DNA of 32,000 bases from a virus: the IMG/VR virus record IMGVR_UViG_3300045988_175865, positions 60,001 to 92,000 of that record. One strand, written 5' to 3'. The position numbers and the translations under genes are program-made. The notes beneath the pieces were generated by a model, which was not told the DNA's origin, made no database searches, and saw only the letters and a program-made list of their open reading frames with translations. Numbering within the stretch: position 1 is the first letter of the stretch; every line of letters starts with the position of its first letter. This document shows positions 8,894 to 16,696 of this stretch, one piece after another.

Positions 8894-9554
8894 TAAATAA
8901 AAATTTAGCCAACTCTAAATCATCAGGACTTGTAATTTTAAAATTCATAAGTTCTCCCGAGATATATAAGCATTTATTTCCATTATGCTCATATAAGTCA
9001 GGTAAAGTCTGATAATTATCTATATTTTTAATCTTTGTAATTATATTATAAAGGCTTCTAAGCATAAAAGTTTCAGGAGTCTGTAAGATAGCAATTGGCT
9101 CCGTTCTTACTCCAGGAACATGTAACGAACTAAGATCTTTTAAAGTGCTAACTGTTGGAATGTATGGAACAACAGCCGAATTATTAGAATCACAAGAAGA
9201 CAAACATCTTGTAATTAAATTTGAAGTGAAAAAAGGTCTAACAGAATCATGAAACATAATTTTTTCAATAGAAGGATAGTAAGTCATTATGTATTCAAGA
9301 CCAGCAATTCTAGATCTTAAGCATGAGTACCCTCCTTCTATAATTTTGATATAAGAAAATGGAAAAAGCTTTCGAAGAATAGGAATATATTCAGGTAGAG
9401 TAACTATAACAATTATGTTAAACAGTCTTAACCTAACAAACTTTTCAACAGTCAAATATACTATAGGATGTCCATTAATATCTATAAACTGCTTAGGAAT
9501 ATTCATTCCTACCCTAGTTCCTTTTCCAGCAGCATTAATAACTAAGGCATTCAT
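8874..9554 (-). CDS. IspD/TarI-like sugar-phosphate cytidylyltransferase
   Basis: ORF track 226 aa; N-terminal NAAGKGTRVGMNIPKQF matches the AAGxGxR...PKQ signature; its 3' end overlaps the licD start. Confidence 0.85.
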   Translation of the reverse strand: MNALVINAAGKGTRVGMNIPKQFIDINGHPIVYLTVEKFVRLRLFNIIVIVTLPEYIPILRKLFPFSYIKIIEGGYSCLRSRIAGLEYIMTYYPSIEKIMFHDSVRPFFTSNLITRCLSSCDSNNSAVVPYIPTVSTLKDLSSLHVPGVRTEPIAILQTPETFMLRSLYNIITKIKNIDNYQTLPDLYEHNGNKCLYISGELMNFKITSPDDLELAKFLFNGKLKY

Positions 9555-9598
9555 ACACTTAATCTTATACTCTTTTTCTTTTAATACTAGTTAATACA

Positions 9599-9712
9599 CT
9601 AAAATAAAGATTCATTTCTATTCCTAAAGTAAAGGATAGTACATAGTACTATTACCACAAACCAGATAAAAAGAAATAGTAATATTAGACAGTTAATTAG
9701 TACTGTTGCCAT
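9599..9712 (-). CDS. small membrane protein, 37 aa
   Basis: Internal ATG of ORF 9599..9850; the upstream part of that ORF overlaps tRNA-Gln and is discarded. Confidence 0.35.
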   Translation of the reverse strand: MATVLINCLILLFLFIWFVVIVLCTILYFRNRNESLF

Positions 9713-9757
9713 AGTATTATTTATTATATGTGAGAAATATTTATTTAATTTTAATAG

Positions 9758-9832
9758 TTGCTCGTTAAAGATTCGAACTTTAACTTTCACGTTCAAAGCG
9801 TGACGTGCACAAACCAAGTACACCAACGAGCA
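9758..9832 (-). tRNA. tRNA-Gln(UUG)
   Basis: Acceptor TGCTCGT/ACGAGCA (U1-A72 as in bacterial tRNA-Gln), anticodon arm TCACG-CTTTGAA-CGTGA, T arm TAAAG-TTCGAAT-CTTTA. Confidence 0.85.
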
Positions 9833-9960
9833 GAAGCAAATCCGCAGCAAGAATCCACCACAAATATAAAGATAAAAGTCAATATAACCAAATATTTGTA
9901 CACTTATTTCTATAATTTGTACAAATTTTTGAGATTACTATTCAGTATAATAACTAACAC

Positions 9961-10320
9961 TTACTTTTGCTTCTCTTTTAAATAAGTATAGATAATAATG
10001 ATCATTAAAGTGATAACAATCATCACGAAGAAATATGTTAATACTGTAACAAAGAAGTTTATCCCTAATATGTTATTAACAAAGTGTAATAAATAGCACA
10101 CTAGAACACAATACAACAAAATTCTATGATAAATATAAAATTTGAATGTAAGAGATAAAACAATGAGACCTATTAGTACTACCATAACTGTTACCAAATC
10201 TACACAACTAATAATTACTGTAGAAATTGTATAGTAACGTAGTAGTATTTTAAATAATATGTTTAGTGCTAGTAAGAAAGGTGCAAAACGAATGAATATT
10301 AAACTAAGTTTCTTTAACAT
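9961..10320 (-). CDS. multi-pass membrane protein, 119 aa
   Basis: ORF track; strongly hydrophobic throughout. Confidence 0.6.
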   Translation of the reverse strand: MLKKLSLIFIRFAPFLLALNILFKILLRYYTISTVIISCVDLVTVMVVLIGLIVLSLTFKFYIYHRILLYCVLVCYLLHFVNNILGINFFVTVLTYFFVMIVITLMIIIIYTYLKEKQK

Positions 10321-10436
10321 TCTATAAAATAAAATATCAAATTAATAATTAATATAATAATCACCCAGCTAATTATTGTTAATAATCTCGATAAACACCC
10401 TAATCTAGTAAGAATATCATGTGATGTAAGTTTCAT
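10314..10436 (-). CDS. small membrane protein, 40 aa
   Basis: Manual translation MKLTSHDILTRLGCLSRLLTIISWVIIILIINLIFYFIEC; overlaps the next start by 7 nt. Confidence 0.4.
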   Translation of the reverse strand: MKLTSHDILTRLGCLSRLLTIISWVIIILIINLIFYFIEC

Positions 10437-10438
10437 TA

Positions 10439-10699
10439 TTAAAATTCAGGTTCAAACATACTAGACGCCCATGACCAATAGCCACCATCTTCTTCTATAG
10501 AATACAAATAGCCATCATCAGGAAGTCTACCGTCTTGCATTTTATGCCAATATTTAGCTTTACTAATAGTGCATACTCTTCCTCCATATTCTGTAAGCAT
10601 ATTTTCTGCAAACCAGTACGAATAATCGAGATCCTTACATCCTGGATCATACTTTTCCTTTATTAAAACATTATCTCCAATTTTGTATAATGATTCCAT
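10439..10699 (-). CDS. hypothetical protein, 86 aa
   Basis: ORF track; ATG start, TAA stop. Confidence 0.65.
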   Translation of the reverse strand: MESLYKIGDNVLIKEKYDPGCKDLDYSYWFAENMLTEYGGRVCTISKAKYWHKMQDGRLPDDGYLYSIEEDGGYWSWASSMFEPEF

Positions 10700-10717
10700 A
10701 AGTTAAAAAGATTTTTG

Positions 10718-11138
10718 TGTGCCTGATGAGAATTGAACTCATGTCCATTCAACTATTAATAATAATTTTATTTACATGCTAGGTTATTTTATTCTCCTAT
10801 TCCGAAAAATAACAAAACGTATCAGATAGTTTTTATCTTATCTCCTACAACTTATCTGAAATAACTCGGTTCTATAATAGTAGTTAGTAATGATTAACTT
10901 ACATCATCTGCATTAATCTATACAGAAAATCTTTGTCTATTATTTCTCCAGACTTGGATAGCTTAAGCTGCAAAAGCTACTTGAGCACGCATAGGAGTTG
11001 CAAGAGGCATAACCTTGTTAGCCATCTTACGTACAGTGTTCTTAGCGTTTATTTTTTGGTCCAGTTGTTAAAGAAGTTATACCAGCTCCTGCATGAATTG
11101 TTATCAACTATCTTGAATGTCAAAAACCTGGCAGGCCC
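10718..11138 (-). ncRNA. ssrA: tmRNA-like RNA (ssrA-like), 421 nt, tag ANKVMPLATPMRAQVAFAA
   Basis: 5' GGGCCUG-CC-AGGUUUUUGAC-AUUCAA and 3' UUGAAU-GGAC-AUGAG-UUCAAUU-CUCAU-CAGGCAC-A reproduce the tmRNA tRNA-like domain layout; internal frame 11022..10963 ends GCU UUU GCA GCU UAA (E. coli: GCU UUA GCA GCU UAA). Confidence 0.75.
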
Positions 11139-11261
11139 AAAGACAGGGCAGTTTATACTTATACCCTAGAAGTGGTCCATAATAGCTAAAGTGTTTAATG
11201 CTCTAATTATATAGCAGCGACTAGTATACTGTTATACTTTTCTTGTAACTTCAAGAACTAT

Positions 11262-11286
11262 TACTAAAACTTCAATGTGAAGTTCC
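11262..11286 (-). terminator. intrinsic terminator-like hairpin
   Basis: Minus sense GGAACTTCA-CAT-TGAAGTT followed by TTAGTAA; 7-bp stem; weak U tract. Confidence 0.4.
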
Positions 11287-11455
11287 TAAAAGCCACTTGA
11301 GTATTTTTTGGGTTCACTCAAGAATACCGTGTTTTATTGTCGGGATCAAACAACCAAACTACCACCTTTCTATATACAAAGGCAAACTCATACTATCTGG
11401 CGTAACCCGTTACTATTATTTATATACCGCTAAGTAACCTAATGCGGTTTACTTT

Positions 11456-12046
11456 TTATCCTTTAAAGTATAATAATGTTGGATTATTCTTATGCACATC
11501 AATATTCGGATATCGTTTTGCAAAAGTTGACATATCAAAAGGAGTTGTAATTAAATGAAAACCATTTTTAGTAGGAATCAAAGCCTTAAACTTTGAACCA
11601 ATAGGTTGACATTCTCGTTCAATAAACAGTAAGATATTATTTACCGCACGATTATCTGTAGGTCCATCAATATCAACAACCCATGTTTTATCGTCTTTAT
11701 TACATGTTGATCCACAAGCATGATCATAACAACGATAAACTTCTTCCATCTGATCATATCGTATTCGTTCAGCAAGATTCTCTAAACAAACTAACGCTAC
11801 ATCTTTATAGCTTCGCTTGTTTAAATGAATATAAGCACGTGCTTTAAATATAGAACACATTTGCTTAATTTCCTTTTTCTTGCCTTCGAAATATTCAAGA
11901 GAACGTATACAATAGGAACGAACTAAACGGTTATTTACTCCTATATCGGGATTATCCTTTGATCTTTGTATAATCTGAAGATAATAAAAATCATCTTTAG
12001 ATTCAAATTTCAAAAGACTTTTAATTAAGTCAAAATTATCTACCAT
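11456..12046 (-). CDS. hypothetical protein, 196 aa, with weak primase-polymerase (AEP)-like motifs
   Basis: ORF track; VVDIDG (DxD-like) then KNGFHLIT (sGxGxH-like) about 35 aa later; motif resemblance only. Confidence 0.55.
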   Translation of the reverse strand: MVDNFDLIKSLLKFESKDDFYYLQIIQRSKDNPDIGVNNRLVRSYCIRSLEYFEGKKKEIKQMCSIFKARAYIHLNKRSYKDVALVCLENLAERIRYDQMEEVYRCYDHACGSTCNKDDKTWVVDIDGPTDNRAVNNILLFIERECQPIGSKFKALIPTKNGFHLITTPFDMSTFAKRYPNIDVHKNNPTLLYFKG

Positions 12047-12125
12047 TTTCTTTAATAAGTAAATTTAATTTGCATATACAAAATATTTTTATTATATTTG
12101 ATTTAATTATTAAATCAAATAAATC

Positions 12126-12503
12126 ATGAATATATTAATAAAAACATGTACGGTTTGTAAAGAATCAAAAGCCTTAGATGAGTTTCCAAAGCATCCACAG
12201 CATAAAGATGGATACAATAGTGTTTGTAAAAAATGTATGCAAAAAAGCAATAAAAAATGTAGATCAAATAAAAAGATTCATTTTATAAAGAAAATGGGAG
12301 GAGAATGTACAAATTGTAAAATAAAATTGACTGAAAATAATTGACCAATATTTGATTTTCATCATATAGATCCTTCCCAAAAAGAAGTTTCTTGATCAAC
12401 ATTAAGAAATTGAAGTAATGATAAAATTGAAAAAGAATTAAACAAATGCACTTTACTATGTGCTAATTGTCATAGACTTTTACACGCAAAGACTAAAGAT
12501 TAA
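12126..12503 (+). CDS. HNH endonuclease, 125 aa, three in-frame TGA codons
   Basis: N-terminal CxxC...CxxC, then under code 4 ENN(W)PIFDFHHIDP...VS(W)STLRN(W)SNDKIEKELNKCTLLCANCHRLLH; TGA at 12342, 12393 and 12411; only plus-strand gene in the left arm. Confidence 0.85.
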
Positions 12504-12544
12504 CTTTAGTCTTTTATTTTTATCTATTACTATTATTCTAGTCA

Positions 12545-12586
12545 ATAAAAAATAGAGCCTACACCTCCGATCAAGGAGATGTAGGC
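12545..12586 (-). terminator. intrinsic terminator (usable in both directions)
   Basis: GCCTACA-CCTCC-GATCAA-GGAG-A-TGTAGGC hairpin; on the minus sense it is followed by TCTATTTTTTATT. Confidence 0.65.
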
Positions 12587-12708
12587 AATGTTTATCGTCT
12601 TTTAAGAGCTTCATAATTTTTATATGGGCCCCTCCTCTTAGTAAAGGTTTTTCCTTTACCGTGTTAGAGGAAACTATAGTGTTCTACTATAGAGACTACA
12701 CCTTTGAT

Positions 12709-12888
12709 TTAGCAGGTAGGCTTTTCTGCTTTGTAATTAGGTAAGTATAGAGCATTATGCCTTACTCTACGGTAAACAGTTCTATACGAAAGTTCTCCTG
12801 TCTTTTTATCAAAAACAGGGTTGCCTTCTTCATCTACTTTAACTTCTTTAAAGGGCATTGTAATAGCCTTCATTTTAGGATGTGCCAT
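12709..12888 (-). CDS. small protein, 59 aa
   Basis: Manual translation MAHPKMKAITMPFKEVKVDEEGNPVFDKKTGELSYRTVYRRVRHNALYLPNYKAEKPTC; one codon below the ORF-track cutoff; 9 nt downstream of the SPFH gene stop. Confidence 0.55.
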   Translation of the reverse strand: MAHPKMKAITMPFKEVKVDEEGNPVFDKKTGELSYRTVYRRVRHNALYLPNYKAEKPTC

Positions 12889-12897
12889 CTGTGTTAT

Positions 12898-14091
12898 TTA
12901 ATTATTTTTACCTTGTTTTTTAGCAATATCAAGGAGCATATTCAGTCCTACAGCATCCATAGGATTAGCAGATGCTCCTTCTTTACCTCCAATAATCATT
13001 ACTTCAGGAACCCAACGAACATTTGAGTTTGCTAATGCCTGAGCTACACCAATTGTGGTTTCTTTATCAATTGTTGCTCTTTGCAATGGGTCCAATCCAG
13101 CAAGTACTTTAGCTCGTGCTGCTGCAGCTTCTGCCATGCCCTGAGCTTCAATACGTTTTGCATCTTCCTTTGCCTTTAAAGCAGAAAGACGAGCTACTTC
13201 ATATTCCTGTTCAGCCTTAGTAACCTCTACAGCCTTAATTTTCTCCTGTTCCCACTTAGCCTTCATAGCAAGTGCCTTACCCTCCTCTTCAGCACGAATT
13301 GCCTCTTGAGCAGCAGCAGCTGACTTCGCACGACTAGTTTGAATAAGCATATTTGCTTCCTGTTGCTGAGCAATCTGCCTATTTACTTTATCAGAATATG
13401 CAATCTTTGATACAGCTACCTGACCAATCTCTAGTCCATAATAAGCAAATGGGGAGGATTCACTACGCTTGTAACCTCCTGCTGCTAATGAGTCAGGAAT
13501 TAGTGTAGCTACATTAATAACTTTCTTTTCTCCAGTAATTGCATCAAGTACTTCGCTACGCTTGATTGCAGTTTTGTAGACACCATTATTTAACTGATCA
13601 GTAATATATTCAATCAAGTCATTCTTCTTCTCTGCATACGATTCAAAAGCAGACATCAGAGGACCTGAAGCATAAATTACCTTAGTAACAGTCGGACGAA
13701 CAAGATCATTCATTAGACGATCCATACCATTATAATCAGTCTGAATACGAGCGAGGTATTTAGGGTCAGTAGGAAGTTTTACACGAAGTGATCCATAAAT
13801 CATACCATCTGAAGCATCATTGAAGATTACAGGAATAGGTTTTCCCTGCTGATCGCCAGCCTCAGAGTCAGATCCGAACCACAACTGTTGAGTTTTATAG
13901 TAAGTAGTGGTTTTGCCCCACCACTGCCAGTGAAAACCAGGACTAGTCCAGTATTCCATGTTACCAGTAAACGGATACTGATTGACTACAATCGTCTCAT
14001 TCTTTACATCTTCCCCGATTTTACCCAGAGAAACAACACAGAAAATAGCAAATACTACTACAAGAGCAGCAACAATTTTTTTGAAATTCAT
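12898..14091 (-). CDS. SPFH/band-7 (flotillin/YqiK-like) membrane protein
   Basis: ORF track 397 aa; N-terminal TM helix, globular domain, then a long Ala/Glu/Lys-rich coiled region typical of flotillin-like SPFH proteins. Confidence 0.7.
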   Translation of the reverse strand: MNFKKIVAALVVVFAIFCVVSLGKIGEDVKNETIVVNQYPFTGNMEYWTSPGFHWQWWGKTTTYYKTQQLWFGSDSEAGDQQGKPIPVIFNDASDGMIYGSLRVKLPTDPKYLARIQTDYNGMDRLMNDLVRPTVTKVIYASGPLMSAFESYAEKKNDLIEYITDQLNNGVYKTAIKRSEVLDAITGEKKVINVATLIPDSLAAGGYKRSESSPFAYYGLEIGQVAVSKIAYSDKVNRQIAQQQEANMLIQTSRAKSAAAAQEAIRAEEEGKALAMKAKWEQEKIKAVEVTKAEQEYEVARLSALKAKEDAKRIEAQGMAEAAAARAKVLAGLDPLQRATIDKETTIGVAQALANSNVRWVPEVMIIGGKEGASANPMDAVGLNMLLDIAKKQGKNN

Positions 14092-14114
14092 CTTTAGATT
14101 TTTAAATTACACAA

Positions 14115-14270
14115 TTACCTTTTAAAAAAATAATAAAATGGAATTATTACCTTCCATGTAATTTTACGATTAGTAATTTTACATGTATCTAATAACTGAA
14201 GAGTCATTAGAGTATAGTAAAGAATAAAGGAAATACTAACTAATAGTATAACAAAACGATAAAACCACAT
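14115..14270 (-). CDS. small membrane protein, 51 aa
   Basis: Manual translation MWFYRFVILLVSISFILYYTLMTLQ...; TAATG overlap with the upstream stop. Confidence 0.45.
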   Translation of the reverse strand: MWFYRFVILLVSISFILYYTLMTLQLLDTCKITNRKITWKVIIPFYYFFKR

Positions 14271-14551
14271 TACTTTAAATTACTTTTAATGTTATCTCTT
14301 GTATCACAGTAGATTTTAATTTCTTGGGGGAAAACATGAATGATAGTAGTATCTTTCATTTCCTTAAATGTAGAATTAATAATCCTCTCTAGGGAGTCTA
14401 TCTGTAAAACTAGAGATTTTATATTCTCTTGGTTCTGTCTAAAAAAGGTTTCACTGCGTGTATTATCTATACAAAAAAATGCAAAACTTATTAGGAAAGA
14501 AGTTCCAAGAAGAAGTAAGACAACTCCAATTTTTATAGATTTATCTGTCAT
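14270..14551 (-). CDS. membrane-anchored protein, 93 aa
   Basis: ORF track; N-terminal TM segment. Confidence 0.6.
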   Translation of the reverse strand: MTDKSIKIGVVLLLLGTSFLISFAFFCIDNTRSETFFRQNQENIKSLVLQIDSLERIINSTFKEMKDTTIIHVFPQEIKIYCDTRDNIKSNLK

Positions 14552-14774
14552 AACTAAGAATTAGCATATTAACTATTTAAGTTAAGATAAGGATTAGATT
14601 TTTATTACAAAAATATATACCAGCTGTGTAACACAATTTTTGCCTGATTGGTACTAGCATTTACCATACACTTCCTTAACCAATATCAGAAACTATATGT
14701 ACAGGTATATAAACAATAAATAGCTTCTGTAAGTGTACAACCTATTGCACAGATACTTTCACTATCTTATTATT

Positions 14775-14862
14775 GTGATTGGATAGGATTCAAACCTAAT
14801 GTTTCCCTATTGTACAACAAGGCGAGTTTCATCACATTCTCCTCTCAATCAACCCCCAATCT
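14775..14862 (-). other. degenerate tRNA-like element (T arm and partial acceptor only)
   Basis: TTAGG-TTTGAAT-CCTAT T-arm-like hairpin; 6 of 7 acceptor pairs (AGATTGG/CCAATCA); no convincing D or anticodon arm. Confidence 0.3.
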
Positions 14863-15203
14863 TATTGAAAACAATAAGACGCCCTTGTCTTGTCTGGGAG
14901 ACTTTCATAAGGGTACTTTTTAAATAAAAAGAGGTAATCCCATAAGTATTATTCTACCTCCGCCTCATCTATAAAATCATAGATTATCAGCAGCCTCTGC
15001 CAAGGCATCCCTGTTTTTCTATGAACTGGCAGATTCATAAATTATCAGGATAAACAGATTATTAAATTTCTTTAATATTTTCGTTTTTATATTTCTTCTG
15101 AGTAGCAATCTTTATTATTCCATCCTCGTTTACTAGTTTCTCTTTTCATTCTTAGCTATAACTTTATTAGTATATTACTAATATAATGCAGAAAGTAGTG
15201 TCA

Positions 15204-15497
15204 TTACTTCTCTAATCCAAATTCATTAATAAAATCAATATTCCTCTTACATAAACTTTTTACAGTAGCAACTTTATGAGTTACATTTCCCGCGGTAACC
15301 TCAGAAGCTATCTCTGCAATATGCGTAAGATTATTGTATGCCATGATCTCACCATATTGTTTCTTTATTTTATCTGTATAATTAAATGCTAATGCTTTAA
15401 TTAGAGCAACATTATGAGAGTAATTTTCAGTAGTTACTCTATCACATTTATTATTTATACGTGTAAACCATAATATAACATCCTCTTTTGTTATCAT
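15204..15497 (-). CDS. hypothetical protein, 97 aa
   Basis: ORF track. Confidence 0.6.
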   Translation of the reverse strand: MITKEDVILWFTRINNKCDRVTTENYSHNVALIKALAFNYTDKIKKQYGEIMAYNNLTHIAEIASEVTAGNVTHKVATVKSLCKRNIDFINEFGLEK

Positions 15498-15523
15498 AGT
15501 GTTATGTGCTTATTGTTAGGTTT

Positions 15524-15781
15524 CTAAGAATGAATTTGTTTCCCTTTATATATAGACCAGCCTTTATCTTCTGCTATTCTAACACAACGAGACTCCATTT
15601 GGCTATGTATTGTTTGAATGTTTTGATTTAAGGAGTACGTTATAGTATCTTCTTTACCATTAATAAGAATTTTGCCATTTTCATAGTCAAAAAGAATCTT
15701 ATCTTTAAAGATTTCTATAACTAACAAATAAAGGGTTTCCGCATAGCAAGTTGTATAAATAGGATGAATAGCAAAGTACAT
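15524..15781 (-). CDS. hypothetical protein, 85 aa
   Basis: ORF track. Confidence 0.6.
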   Translation of the reverse strand: MYFAIHPIYTTCYAETLYLLVIEIFKDKILFDYENGKILINGKEDTITYSLNQNIQTIHSQMESRCVRIAEDKGWSIYKGKQIHS

Positions 15782-15801
15782 ATTGGGTTTGAATCTAATT
15801 A

Positions 15802-15843
15802 TAAAAAAATACTCCTCTGTAACGCATGCCCTTGCAGGAGTAT
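15802..15843 (-). terminator. strong intrinsic terminator ending non-coding block B
   Basis: Minus sense ATACTCCT-GCAAGGGCATGCGTTACAG-AGGAGTAT followed by TTTTTTTAT, about 20 nt before the next ATG. Confidence 0.75.
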
Positions 15844-16432
15844 CAATTCACTATAATAATACTGGCTCCCTATAATAGTTTCTGAACTCAAGACTACAGA
15901 ATCTCAAAAGTAAAGTTATTCAATCAGAAACTTCTTGTTGTACCTATCGTATCTAACACATTCACAAATCTGGGGATATTGTTTATGCTGACTAAATACT
16001 CCTGGCCTGGACTCAAGTTTTTCTACTCCTTCCCTCTAAACTTATAACGAGTGAACTCCCTTAGTAGACAAAGGACTCATTGACAGTTTAACTACTACTA
16101 TCAACCTGCAGTTTAACTCCCCGAATTTACGGAGTAATCCATGCAACTGTACATAGAACTTGCTCTTTTGTTACACAACACAAGTTATTGTGAAAGATTT
16201 ACGACTTCCTTAAACGATTTACCTTAGAACATTGCAGAACTTATTCCTTTAACATATGATTATTTCTACTAATACGCATAATAATCTAGAATAAAAACCT
16301 CTGTTAAAGTTAAGATACACTAGGTTAATATTATCCTCTAATCCCCGCTATTAGAGTATTCTTTTTTTAGTTTAACTCCCCTTCTACTATTAGGGTTTAT
16401 CTACAATGCTTAAGTTTATATTAGAATTCTTT

Positions 16433-16540
16433 TTATCTGCGTTTGAATTCTGTAATATCCTCTTCATCATAGCCAATTAAGGCTTCAAGAGGAACATCAT
16501 CAACCATCTCGTCAATAATAGATGTATCTTCAATTTCCAT
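16433..16540 (-). CDS. small acidic ORF, 35 aa, immediately after a G9 tract
   Basis: MEIEDTSIIDEMVDDVPLEALIGYDEEDITEFKRR; the frame stays open upstream through a TM-like segment but has no canonical start there. Confidence 0.3.
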   Translation of the reverse strand: MEIEDTSIIDEMVDDVPLEALIGYDEEDITEFKRR

Positions 16541-16696
16541 ACCCCCCCCCTCTTTAAGTTTATAGGCTACTATAAATAGTATAGTTGAGACTAAGATAAT
16601 TAATATAAAAAATGATACTTTTTTAGTTTTGCTTGAGGTAAGTATCTAGATGAAACGTTATAATCTAATCAGTCATTTCCTACTCATCTATTTTTA

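Noticed and set aside
9599-9985. ORF 9599..9850 (full length) and plus-strand ORF 9758..9985
   Set aside because: Both run through tRNA-Gln (9758..9832). Only the 37-codon distal part of the minus ORF is kept, at low confidence.
10963-11025. MANKVMPLATPMRAQVAFAA as an ordinary 20-codon sORF or leader peptide
   Set aside because: It sits at the expected distance inside a molecule whose two ends form a tmRNA-type tRNA-like domain, and it ends with the GCU-UUU-GCA-GCU-UAA tag signature. The preceding AUG is noted as an oddity rather than as evidence for independent translation.
10933-11169. Plus-strand ORF of 78 aa
   Set aside because: It is antisense to the tmRNA-like gene, has no ATG (the track's M is a TTG start) and has a low-complexity product.
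12757-14564. Plus-strand ORFs 12757..13026, 13888..14097 and 14340..14564
   Set aside because: They are antisense to the 59-aa gene, the SPFH gene and 14270..14551. The products are hydrophobic or low-complexity, and the region is otherwise uniformly leftward.
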